From the NCBI GenBank assembly GCA_965217585.1, contig OZ244561.1, forward strand, positions 1,024,001 to 1,088,000: a DNA stretch of 64,000 bases, written 5' to 3'. The notes under the pieces are model-generated. The model was not told the DNA's origin. It saw nothing but the letters and a program-made list of their open reading frames with translations, and searched no databases. Each line of letters starts with the position of its first letter. The first letter of the stretch is position 1. The DNA is from Candidatus Latescibacterota bacterium (GTDB lineage Bacteria; Latescibacterota; UBA2968; UBA8231). Shown here in pieces: positions 18,501 to 26,974 of the stretch. Both the position numbers and the translations under genes were made by a program.

Positions 18501-19973
18501 CGCATCGTTGCCCCAAACCCACGGCTCCAAGTCCGGGTCGTCAATGAGCGCGGGCAGCACGGCCCGCAGCAGCGCAACTTGACCGGCCAACCAGTCAAAG
18601 CGCACCGCAGCGGGGTCATCATCGGGCGAGTCAAAGCGGGCGCGGTTGTCGTTGACCGTGCAAAAGGCCAACGCCGGGCATCCGGCGAGGGCCGCTACTG
18701 CCGCATCCAACGGCACTGTCAGCCCCATCCCCCCCAAACCCTGGCGGGCAAAGTCCTGCTTCAGGCCATTGACCAGCACCTGCTCGCCCCCCAACGCAGA
18801 ATCCTCGTACGCCGTTACCAGCTTTAGCAACCGATCGGTGATGGGCGGCGCGAGCAATGAGACGCGATACGGAGCTCGCGGCTTGAACGCTCCGAGCCGC
18901 GGGCTGTGCGACGACAGATCCAAGCCCACCAAAAAGCGCGTCTCCAGCGCGCTAAGTCGTCGCAAAAGCGCGGTCTCCTCCACCCCGCCCTCCCGCTGAC
19001 CTGCAGCCGCCAGCAGCAACGGCGCGAAATGGCGCATCCCCGCCATGTTCTGGAAGTGGCCAGCCGTCCACAGCAACGCGACCGTGCGCTTGGGCGGCCG
19101 CGCGGCAAATCCCCGGGCCAATTCCAACAGCGCCGCCGCACTCACCGCTTGCTCGGCCCCCGGCGCTAACGCTGGCACCGGCGACATGGCATCGTAATGC
19201 GCGGCGAGGAAGACGACCTCCTCCCCCAGTGTCGCATCTTGCCCGGGGATCACGGCGATCAGGTTCTCCTCGGTCACCTCCCGCCACGCCATCCGCCCCC
19301 GCAAGCGCACCTGCGCCCGCGACTTTTCCAGCACCCGCAAACGTTCCGCCACGTCTTTGCGTGCATAGAGCCGAGGCAAGTCTGCTGGCACGTCGAGGAA
19401 TTTCTGCTCGGCCTCCTTGCGATGGGTACCTGCCGATTCCAAGAACACCACGGCCGCGGCCCCCAAGTGAAACGCATCCACCCAAGCTGTGCCCGAGGCA
19501 TAGTCGAGCAGGACGATCCGCCCGGCCACCGGCTGCCCTTCGAGTCGGCTGCCATCCCCGCCGTACACCAACTGACCCTCAATCCCCTCGACCGGCAGGG
19601 TCGGCGTCCGCACCAAATTGGGCCAGACACCAAACAATTCGAGCCGCTCCCCTGCGCATTCGACCCAGAACCCCTCGTCAATCGGCACCAACACCGGGAA
19701 CTCGTGCCGGTAGATCTCTGCTATCCCTAAGCTCTCTAGCTCGGCGACCAGCCACTCGCGGGCCGCCGTGGCCCCCGGATAGCCCGTCATCCGCGAGGCG
19801 GGGGCGGACAACACCTCCACCGTGCGGCGCAGACGTGCTTCCTCCACGCCGGCGGCCAGTACCGGAACGAACAGCACCGCCAACAACAGAAAAGGGAAAG
19901 CCCCCGGGCACAACACCCGGAGGCTTACTCGGCTAGCGCAGTGCCTTTTTCTATATGACGTAGCCAATTCCAT
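15543..19973 (-). CDS. large membrane protein: M28 peptidase-like ectodomain fused to a FtsX/MacB-like permease
   Basis: AHYDAMS..PGA (M28-like); LRRRPWRTGLT and VYERTQEIG...AVGL..P..V..LF.AEA (FtsX). True start uncertain, possibly ~19930. Confidence 0.75.
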   Translation of the reverse strand: MELATSYRKRHCASRVSLRVLCPGAFPFLLLAVLFVPVLAAGVEEARLRRTVEVLSAPASRMTGYPGATAAREWLVAELESLGIAEIYRHEFPVLVPIDEGFWVECAGERLELFGVWPNLVRTPTLPVEGIEGQLVYGGDGSRLEGQPVAGRIVLLDYASGTAWVDAFHLGAAAVVFLESAGTHRKEAEQKFLDVPADLPRLYARKDVAERLRVLEKSRAQVRLRGRMAWREVTEENLIAVIPGQDATLGEEVVFLAAHYDAMSPVPALAPGAEQAVSAAALLELARGFAARPPKRTVALLWTAGHFQNMAGMRHFAPLLLAAAGQREGGVEETALLRRLSALETRFLVGLDLSSHSPRLGAFKPRAPYRVSLLAPPITDRLLKLVTAYEDSALGGEQVLVNGLKQDFARQGLGGMGLTVPLDAAVAALAGCPALAFCTVNDNRARFDSPDDDPAAVRFDWLAGQVALLRAVLPALIDDPDLEPWVWGNDAFGTIRGEVVHYGPRSYLPDQPTAGALVRVRLRQPTLAGVRPDFWAAADDSGRFAIPGVESGIIYTKPVRLEAYRLDAETGAVTDAPDWGINGERKLPGRALTVQMDAAEDEVQIVTAPLRGTTLFGIFDPRNLLTLERVQAVDAALEAEPVVYGACLPLTAPEMELFSYENRVGSWTEPVGVIFTPPGVRFKAVMATGRYGLGRRLLLLNGTEDVPGGVGYEVNGRGRIVETVYRVAADMHMLNGERIDRLERHGVRNERLTAFHERSAGLLAEAAAARAEHRHRDFVDRARRAWALAAAAYRDVERTQAGVVQGALFLLAVLIPFAHFAERLAFGFADLRRQVLGYFALFLIGFVALRYVHPAFELSISPAIILLGFVILALGILVTALGMSRLNRELQALGARRGQIAVQRSGAVLTSVAVGLAHLRRRPWRTGLTCATLVLLTFSVLSFTSIRAALHTNWIAIGADAAYEGALVRMPGWQAMEMEGYDLLRDWFGDEQVAPRAWLSVKSLVSSYRVERDDEEGRAVGVWGFVGLVAQEEDLLGPEVVAGRWLRLGEEDACLLPVGLADSLGVSAVGLGQERVRVFGEVFRVVGLLADDALDRLDLNGEPLTPLDPEAQQPSEAAVGREQGGKLRPFAHLPASATPVLPFAALMRWEGVRLASVGIRLDGTTETTRSALIELAETLDLNLFAGLGGQRLLVNSVGVASVSGWGSLIVPLLIAGLIVFNTMLGAVYERTQEIGTFNAVGLAPGHVSGLFMAEAVALGVVGTVAGYLLGQGAAQLLNQGGFLPGLELNYSSLGAVLTVGAIALLVVASALYPARMAGRICTPGIERRWKLPVVVGEHLHVQLPFSLARREALGMAAFQAESWAANQEQSIGAGFYVEALQVEQVGEKVRVAAQVWLAPFDQGVVQKTVMEIGPGTDPHYCDIHVDLALVAGDLATWQRVVRTFLDDVRKQFLIWRTLEADSRRYYAEQLPQWERA

Positions 19974-19986
19974 TCCTTAAAGCTAA

Positions 19987-20142
19987 TCAGGCACCTAATA
20001 GACGATGCTCTTCAGCCTTTGCGCCATCTCGCAGCCAGTCAATAGGCTTTTCGTCACCCTGTGTCGGATTGACCCACACAATTTTCTTTAATTCCCCCAC
20101 ATTGTTTGACGCAGTTCTCAATACGCTACGTACTCTTTCATC
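19987..20142 (-). pseudogene. C-terminal remnant of the ATPase partner gene (putative PIN-like protein)
   Basis: Startless frame DERVRSVLRTASNNVGELKKIVWVNPTQGDEKPIDWLRDGAKAEEHRLLGA* overlapping the ATPase 3' end. Confidence 0.55.
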
Positions 20143-21449
20143 CCTTCCACCGCATCGAGATACGCACCTTCAGCTTTCAACTCGACATCGCCAAAATCCT
20201 CTGGCCAATCGCCAAAAGCACCATTTTCATCCAGATCAGCACTTTGAATTGCCGTCGTTCCGTCTTCGGGGTTGCGCGAGAACCAGTGTAGCCTCACCAA
20301 ATCAGGCTCTAGGTCCCCCTTCGCCATCAAGGTCTGGATCATAAGTAACAACAACGAGCTATGGGTCTCCACGACTAATCTCACGCCACGCTTTGCGGCA
20401 TCCGCCAAAATTTTTGCCAACTCATACTGCGCTCTCGGGTGCAAATGCAGTTCCGGCTGTTCGAGATATAAGAGTTGCCCTGACTCGGCAACCAAAAGCG
20501 CGACGAGCACGGGCAACACTTGCGAGACGCCAAAGCCAACATCGGCGATATTTACGAGGTCTGCTCCGTTTGGCTCTGCTTCTGGTAGCCGCCCAACCTG
20601 CAACTCAATTTGCGTATTATTAACGCCTTTGACAGAAATTTCCCGAGTTAGGCCAAGAGCTGAAAGTATCGCTTCAAGGGCTTGTAGTCGGTCATCTTCT
20701 TTTTGTTGCCACTGTTCGATAATAGTAGCGACGTAATTTTCAAATATGCCTGGGAAATGAGGGCCTGTGGCCGTCCTAGGATAAACGCGTTCGGGGTTGC
20801 CGCGCAGCCCGGGGATATGGATCATGCTGTGCAGATTTTTACTATAAGGTTCAGAAAAACCTCCTGTCTCAGAAACCTCATAATATATTCCGACAACATG
20901 TCTTCCCTCAAAATTGACGTCGAGAAAACATCGGTTTTTAACAACAGATAGCGAAGGCTTAATTTGTTTAGGCCATCTTATTTTTTCCAACCGAGATGTT
21001 AGGATAGCGTTCTCTAAATCATCATTTTTTTGATTCGGCGTTAAGCAAAGGGAATGTTTGTCCTCTCCAATGACCATTTTTTCAATTTCAAGCGTCTGAT
21101 TCTTTGAGAGAGAAAATACAACTTTAAGCGTCCTACCTTTCGCGTGTTCTATTCCGATGCTGAATGCCTGGCCATCAGAATTTTTCTGCAACCGCGAAAT
21201 GAATTGGTTGGCGGACGTAAATTTCGCATTGGGGCCATTCAACAAGAGCGGCCCGGGATCGTAACTCGCTTCAAGGGTCTGCTTCATCAGCAACAGGGGC
21301 TGCATTATACTCGACTTGCCAGAACTGTTCGCACCTGCCAAGATCGTCAGTGGACGAACTTCAATCCGGCTCTCTGCTGCAATCGACTTGAAGCCCTGCA
21401 CCGAAATTGCAGTAATACCTTCATTCTGATCTTTTTTTGGATCATCCAT
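20118..21449 (-). CDS. AAA/ABC-type ATPase (AAA_21/DUF3696-like)
   Basis: Walker A GANSSGKS, VGFGVSQVLPV, EQPELHLHP, VETHS and C-terminal WPEDF. AT-richer than its neighbours. Confidence 0.85.
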   Translation of the reverse strand: MDDPKKDQNEGITAISVQGFKSIAAESRIEVRPLTILAGANSSGKSSIMQPLLLMKQTLEASYDPGPLLLNGPNAKFTSANQFISRLQKNSDGQAFSIGIEHAKGRTLKVVFSLSKNQTLEIEKMVIGEDKHSLCLTPNQKNDDLENAILTSRLEKIRWPKQIKPSLSVVKNRCFLDVNFEGRHVVGIYYEVSETGGFSEPYSKNLHSMIHIPGLRGNPERVYPRTATGPHFPGIFENYVATIIEQWQQKEDDRLQALEAILSALGLTREISVKGVNNTQIELQVGRLPEAEPNGADLVNIADVGFGVSQVLPVLVALLVAESGQLLYLEQPELHLHPRAQYELAKILADAAKRGVRLVVETHSSLLLLMIQTLMAKGDLEPDLVRLHWFSRNPEDGTTAIQSADLDENGAFGDWPEDFGDVELKAEGAYLDAVEGMKEYVAY

Positions 21450-21498
21450 AATGTTCGCTCCAATGGACTGCCGACCATCCGTGGTGCTCCACGCTCAT
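21442..21498 (-). pseudogene. remnant of a DUF5615 PIN-like toxin
   Basis: ATG overlaps the DUF433 stop (ATGA) and encodes MSVEHHGWSAVHWSEHYG*, containing the 'GW.AVHWS' motif. Confidence 0.6.
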
Positions 21499-21725
21499 AG
21501 GGTGGCCAGTGCAACTTCTCGTTCTTCAACTCGCCACGCTGCATAGGCCAGAGCCTGATCTATATCTTCCGGTTCAAGGTAAGGGTACGCTTTCAGAATC
21601 TCTTCGGGCGACCGGCCGGCTGCCAAAAGCCCCACGACGGTTCCAACCGTCACCCGTAGCCCGCGAATACATGCCTTGCCGCCCATGACCGCGGGGTCGA
21701 GAGTAATCCGTGGCAATTTTTTCAT
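21495..21725 (-). CDS. DUF433 antitoxin
   Basis: RITLDPAVMGGKACIRGLRVTV...EEILKAYPYLEPEDI..ALAYAA, the typical DUF433 pattern. Confidence 0.92.
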   Translation of the reverse strand: MKKLPRITLDPAVMGGKACIRGLRVTVGTVVGLLAAGRSPEEILKAYPYLEPEDIDQALAYAAWRVEEREVALATL

Positions 21726-21854
21726 TTTCTAGTTTCCTCCATAAGGTACCCACTAATAAATCTAACTGGGTCTGCACGGCAACCTATCTATAGGTTCCTC
21801 CTGTGGCGCATCGCCGCCGCTGTATCCCAAATGAAATAGCAGTACCAAACGCCC

Positions 21855-23291
21855 TCACCCCCAGAGCTTAGGCAACTGCCCCCGCAGCGTGACAAACGTG
21901 AAATAGCCAAAGAAGGCGCAGGCCCAAATCAAGGCCACAAAGCGCACCGGGTGCATGGCCAGCGCCCCTTTGAGCACGCGGTTGTTTTGCCACAAGAGCA
22001 ATACCGAATACAGCAGCATAACCCCCGCGTTGAGCGAGGCGCTCAAGACCAGCAACTGCACCGGCTTGTTGTAGTCCGAAAGCATAATCAGTATGCCGAA
22101 GAGAATCTGTGCCCACAGCAGGAGGAAGTAGAGCCGGTTCCGCGTCCACTTGGCGTGTGAGCGCAGCCAGTTGGTCTTGACGATGTCGGTGGAAATGCGA
22201 GCGCAGGCGTCCAACAACCCCAGCTCGGTCGTCAGCAAAATGGCGATGCCCATCCAGTTGAAGAGGTGTTTGAAAAAGCTGCCGCGCTCCTGCGCGATAA
22301 AGTCGCCCTCGGTGCCGATAAACCCCAAGCCCTGCTCCAACCCAGGCGCCTGCCGCGTAGTGGCGTAGGCAATAAGCGACAGCAGCATCAGCGACAGGGC
22401 CGACAGCGCGTAGAAGGTGACCAAGTGTTCGCGATTGGCCGCCTGCCACCAGCCGCGCCAGCGCCGCATGTTCTCCGGCGTCTGCTCGAAGTGGTAGCCG
22501 ATCTCGTCCACGGCCTCTTCCCGCCCAGTCAGCGGGCTGGTCAATCGCCCCACGTACGCACCCATTGCATAGCCTTTGTCGCGGACGAAATCGCTCTGCG
22601 CCAAATTCATCGTCCCGCCAGCACCAGCAAAGGCCAAGGCTCCCAAAAAGAGCGGCAACTCCATCTCCTCTGGGATATGGCCGATATTGACGATGCCCTT
22701 ACACAAATCCCACACATGGCTAGGCTCTACTACCAAAAAGAAAATGACCAACAGCAAGACCAGCACCGCCGCGATCAGCACCGTCTGAATCCGCTCCACC
22801 GTGCGGTACACCACCGGCCCCAAACTCAGCGCCAACCCGACCAATAACAGGCTCGCGATCGAATAGCCGACCCGCACGCTCTCGTCGCCGCCAAACTCCC
22901 AAGTCAGGATGGTCGCCGCCCCAGACGCCCAGCCCGGCCACATCCACGGGACCACATTGCACAAGAGAAATACCCCAGCCCAGCCCGACCATAGGCGGCA
23001 AAAACCGGTCACCGCCGTCTCGCCGGTAGCCAAGGTCCAGCGCTCGATCTCCATGTTGATGAAATACTGGGTCAGCACCCCCACCATGCAGGCCCAGAAC
23101 ACCACGAAGCCGAACTTATAAGTTATGTAGGGCCAGAGCACGAACTCCCCACTGCCCAGCGAAAGCCCCAAGAGCAGAATGCTCGGCCCCACTAGCTTGC
23201 GCCAATGGGGCGGCTCGGGTAGATCGCGGTACTGCCCTGCCGGCAGCCGATCACAAGGTATCACCTCATGCGGCACGGGCTTAGTTGCCAT
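21855..23291 (-). CDS. Nramp-family (APC fold) transporter
   Basis: LVGPSILLLGLSLGSGEFVLWP, EIERWTLATGE and FAGAGG motifs; about 11 hydrophobic segments. Confidence 0.75.
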   Translation of the reverse strand: MATKPVPHEVIPCDRLPAGQYRDLPEPPHWRKLVGPSILLLGLSLGSGEFVLWPYITYKFGFVVFWACMVGVLTQYFINMEIERWTLATGETAVTGFCRLWSGWAGVFLLCNVVPWMWPGWASGAATILTWEFGGDESVRVGYSIASLLLVGLALSLGPVVYRTVERIQTVLIAAVLVLLLVIFFLVVEPSHVWDLCKGIVNIGHIPEEMELPLFLGALAFAGAGGTMNLAQSDFVRDKGYAMGAYVGRLTSPLTGREEAVDEIGYHFEQTPENMRRWRGWWQAANREHLVTFYALSALSLMLLSLIAYATTRQAPGLEQGLGFIGTEGDFIAQERGSFFKHLFNWMGIAILLTTELGLLDACARISTDIVKTNWLRSHAKWTRNRLYFLLLWAQILFGILIMLSDYNKPVQLLVLSASLNAGVMLLYSVLLLWQNNRVLKGALAMHPVRFVALIWACAFFGYFTFVTLRGQLPKLWG

Positions 23292-23335
23292 AGGATCCCT
23301 CCCTCCAAATAATTAGCGGATGCTGCCGCTACGTG

Positions 23336-23374
23336 AAAAAAGCCCCCAAGGCCCAGAGGCCCCGGAGGCTTTTT
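23336..23374. terminator. intrinsic terminator (possibly bidirectional) after the PorV-like gene
   Basis: AAAAAAGCCCCC...GGAGGCTTTTT stem-loop flanked by A and T runs. Confidence 0.65.
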
Positions 23375-23398
23375 GTCTTAGCGAATCGCAACGCAGCC

Positions 23399-24421
23399 TC
23401 AGAAGCGAAACTGCAAGGAAAATTGATGCACGCTGTCGAGGATGCCAAACGAGGTGAAGGCGTAATCGACCGTGGCCATACTCAATTCGAGGCCCAGCCC
23501 AGCCGTCAGGCCCTCCTCGCTGCGGCCAGCCGGGACGACTGCGCCGCTGACCTCATCGACTTTGTCGTCCTCTACGCCCTGGTAGTTGAGCTTGTAGCCG
23601 GAGCGGAGGCTGAGCATGTCGAAAAGCTCCACCTCGGCCGCCGCGTACACGAGCTGCTCGGCATCTTGCGGTTTGGTGGCATCGGCGAGCAAAGTAACCT
23701 TCATGCCGCTGTCTGGGTCGTCGAGGATGGCGGCCGCCGCGCCAATGCTAAATATCAGCGGCAGCGGCGCGCCGATGTCGTAGAACGTCAGATCGCTGCC
23801 CAGATTGTTGATCCGAGCGCCGATGGTGTACGTGGAATTGACGCGGTAGAGCGCGCCGAAATCAGCCGCATACGCGGTGGCACTGACGCCATCGATGGTC
23901 TGGCTGACGATCTTGCCGGTCACCCCTAAGTCGAGTCTGTCGGTGATGTTGCGCGCCCACGTCGCGCCCACGGCCAAATCGCGGTAACTGTAGGTGCCCG
24001 AGGACTCGGTGTCGTTGGGCTCGAACGTTCCCGCATCGAGCACGAACTGCGGCACCAAGTCGCGGTCGGCGGCAATGTCGCTCAACCCGAGCGTCACTAC
24101 GCCAATGCCCAAGGTGCCCATATCGCCCATATCGCGCGTGAAGCCAATGGCGTCGTGCGACAAGTCCGCGATCCACGAGTTGTGCGACAGCAGCACTTGG
24201 CTTTCGCCGCCGCTTAAGGCCGTGCCGGCTGGGTTCCAAAATAGCTGGTGGACGTCGCCGGCCACGGTCGTATAGGCCGAGCCGAGCGCGACCGGCCTAG
24301 CCCCCACGCCGATTTTGAGAAAAGCGGCACCGGTCAGGCCAGACTTGCGCACATCGGCGACTCCAGGTTGTGCCAGCAAGCAGGCCAACCCCACCACTGC
24401 AATGAGTTTTAACACTTTCAT
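23399..24421 (-). CDS. PorV/PorQ-family outer-membrane beta-barrel
   Basis: Signal peptide, AAFLKIGVGARPVALGSAY, FWNPAG, VDYAF and C-terminal Phe (SLQFRF). Confidence 0.85.
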   Translation of the reverse strand: MKVLKLIAVVGLACLLAQPGVADVRKSGLTGAAFLKIGVGARPVALGSAYTTVAGDVHQLFWNPAGTALSGGESQVLLSHNSWIADLSHDAIGFTRDMGDMGTLGIGVVTLGLSDIAADRDLVPQFVLDAGTFEPNDTESSGTYSYRDLAVGATWARNITDRLDLGVTGKIVSQTIDGVSATAYAADFGALYRVNSTYTIGARINNLGSDLTFYDIGAPLPLIFSIGAAAAILDDPDSGMKVTLLADATKPQDAEQLVYAAAEVELFDMLSLRSGYKLNYQGVEDDKVDEVSGAVVPAGRSEEGLTAGLGLELSMATVDYAFTSFGILDSVHQFSLQFRF

Positions 24422-24444
24422 TTTCACAGTCTCCCCTGTTCGGT

Positions 24445-26961
24445 TCAGCGCAGAATGGCGAAGTGCCCGGTCTGCGTCCCGCCCGGGTACTCGGCCACGT
24501 AGATGTACAGTCCGCTGGCTACTTCGATGCCGTCCTTGGAAAACATGTCCCAAAACAGCGTGCCGTCGAACGGGTTGGTACTGTCGAAATGGAGCACGTC
24601 AATGACCTGCCCAGCCACGTCGAAGATGGTGATCTTGGTACCGGTCGGCAGGTTGATGAAGAGCATCTTGTGCTCGGTGCCCGTATCGTGTAGCGCGCCC
24701 TTCTTATAGGGATTGGGCACCACGCGGATGGCGAGATCACCGCTCGTAAGTTCGCCGGCATCGGCCAGCGGCGCTTTGAGTATAAACGGCGCGCCAATGT
24801 CCTTTTGCCCCTCCAAGCTGGCCGGGAAAAACGAACTAGCGGTCGCGTAGTGGTACGTGCCCTTCCACAACCCATCGCGGCCGTTAAAGTTGTGCCGATG
24901 CGTCTCCAGCGAGCTGAAGGGCTGACCGTTGATCTCGCCCGACTCGTCGTCGTACGCAGCGACATAGTAGTAATAGGTAAACCCAAAGGTCACCAAGTCG
25001 CTGTTATCGGCAAACTTGTACTTGAACACGTCGCTGTCCGGCCCGTCGTTGAGGTAGTTGCCCAACTCGCTGCTAGGCACGTGGGCGATCAGCCGATAAG
25101 GCCCCCATGCCGCTGGCTCCTGAGGTTTGTAGGCTCCAGAGCTGATGTTGGGGTTGTTGGCGGCACCAAAGGCGGCCAGTTGCGCGTCCGTGGGATTGAC
25201 CTCGGTCTGGTGGTGATAGCGGTCGATGATGCGCAGGCCGACGTCGAGCGAATTGACCCGGGGGAACAACGTCGAGCGATAGACCTTGTAGCCCGCAAAA
25301 TCATCCGCTGCTTCGGCGCGGTCGTCCCACTTGATATCGACTTTGACATCCGTGTTGGGTGCTGTTTCGATGTGGGGCGTCGGCGGCGGCGAGGGCGCTT
25401 CGAAGTTGTGGTCATAGACCCACTGCGCCGTGCTGCGCGCGGCGCGGGCTCCCTGCAAGCGGAACCCCGCGTACTCCACGAGCACCACATTGATAGTCTC
25501 GCCCACCTCCAGCGAGAACGGGCCGATGCCCACCTGCAACATGCCGTCGAAATTGTGGTCAAGCGCGTAGCCTTGCGTCCACGCCCAATCGGGCTGGTCG
25601 TCCAGCGAACGGCTCGGATCGACCTCCCAGTTTTGGATGAACGTGTTGTTGTACTTCATGTCGCCCAACGGCTGGCCGCGCTCGCCTTCGGGTCGCACGG
25701 CATTGACGAACGACAACGGGTCGCCGGGGACGATGTCCGAGTGGTTGGGATCGAACCAGTTGGGGTCGGGTACCAAGCTGCTCTCGTTCTGGATAGCCGC
25801 CCCCTTGTCCCAAGCGCGGCTGCCGTTCTGGTCACCGTCGAAAAACGCGGCCATCGCATAGATGTGGTTCTCGCGCGGATTGCGGTAGCCGCCGTCGTCT
25901 TTGAGCACCGAAGTGAACCAGCCGCGCTCACCATCCACGCCGACCGGATGGCTGTCGTAGATGGTGCGTTTGTCTTCCGCGCTGGCACTGCTGCCGCTTT
26001 CTGGCAACGCGCCCTGTTTGGCGGCGAGCCACTGCATTCCATTGTAGATGTCGTAGTAGTATCCCCGACTGCGCATGGTAACGCCCAACAGACGCGCGCC
26101 ATCGGCCGACCAGCCGGTCGGCGAGCCAAAGACCGGATGCGGCTCGCCGAGCGTACTCGGCGACGGGCCAGTAAAGATCACCGGCACGTCCCAAGGCGCG
26201 CCGCTGGCGTCGGGCGTAGCGTCGTACCCAGAAGTCGGGCCGGTAAACCACCCCGAAGCACCACGACGGCCATTGTTGCGGTTGGTCATAGAATTGATCG
26301 GCTCGTTTTGCATATGCAGCGTCAGCGCGTGGATGCGGTTGTCGGTCTTTTCGGCCGTGCCGTCGCCATCGGCATCGAGCACGCCGGTGTTGGTCAATTC
26401 CAACTCGACGACGATGAAGTCGTTGAGGTTGGCGTGATTGGCGGCAAACTGCCGCATCCGCCAGCGCACATCAACGCCGAGGTTGGTCGGCATCGCGCCC
26501 TCGTAGCGCATTTCATTGCGGTCGTCATCGGCCCAGTAGGCTCCTGGGCTGGTAAAGTTGCGCCCTGCATCGCCGGCACCGGCCAAGTTGTTGGTATAGA
26601 AGCCGTGCAGGTACTGTTTGGCCCGGGGCGCGTTGCTATCAGTGGTGATATTGATCTCCTCGGGACTGTATTCCATCATCTGCATATCTTGGCCCCAAGG
26701 CAGGTGCAGATTCTCGCCGCCCGGATAGGTTTGGGACGGCGTGGTCCACTGGCGATCCCAGTTGCCGATGCGGAAGAGGGTAAAGCGCGCAGTCGGATCG
26801 TCATCGGTTTCGCGATACCAAGAGCCGGCGTTGCTAGGGAAGAAGGAATCCCACAGATCGCCAGCAGTGAACACGCCGCCCTCTTGCGCGGCAATCGTCC
26901 CGGCAGTGGCAATCACCAACACGGTCGCCAGCCGGGACGCAATTTTCATGCGTTTAATCAT
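24445..26961 (-). CDS. secreted protein with FN3-like region and a T9SS type-A-like C-terminal domain
   Basis: Signal peptide; DFAGYKVYRS; C-terminal IRVVPNPY...FINLP...ITIFDVAG...WD...VASGLYIY...FAILR. AGGAGG precedes the ATG at 26961. Confidence 0.8.
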   Translation of the reverse strand: MIKRMKIASRLATVLVIATAGTIAAQEGGVFTAGDLWDSFFPSNAGSWYRETDDDPTARFTLFRIGNWDRQWTTPSQTYPGGENLHLPWGQDMQMMEYSPEEINITTDSNAPRAKQYLHGFYTNNLAGAGDAGRNFTSPGAYWADDDRNEMRYEGAMPTNLGVDVRWRMRQFAANHANLNDFIVVELELTNTGVLDADGDGTAEKTDNRIHALTLHMQNEPINSMTNRNNGRRGASGWFTGPTSGYDATPDASGAPWDVPVIFTGPSPSTLGEPHPVFGSPTGWSADGARLLGVTMRSRGYYYDIYNGMQWLAAKQGALPESGSSASAEDKRTIYDSHPVGVDGERGWFTSVLKDDGGYRNPRENHIYAMAAFFDGDQNGSRAWDKGAAIQNESSLVPDPNWFDPNHSDIVPGDPLSFVNAVRPEGERGQPLGDMKYNNTFIQNWEVDPSRSLDDQPDWAWTQGYALDHNFDGMLQVGIGPFSLEVGETINVVLVEYAGFRLQGARAARSTAQWVYDHNFEAPSPPPTPHIETAPNTDVKVDIKWDDRAEAADDFAGYKVYRSTLFPRVNSLDVGLRIIDRYHHQTEVNPTDAQLAAFGAANNPNISSGAYKPQEPAAWGPYRLIAHVPSSELGNYLNDGPDSDVFKYKFADNSDLVTFGFTYYYYVAAYDDESGEINGQPFSSLETHRHNFNGRDGLWKGTYHYATASSFFPASLEGQKDIGAPFILKAPLADAGELTSGDLAIRVVPNPYKKGALHDTGTEHKMLFINLPTGTKITIFDVAGQVIDVLHFDSTNPFDGTLFWDMFSKDGIEVASGLYIYVAEYPGGTQTGHFAILR

Positions 26962-26974
26962 CTTAGTATTCCTC

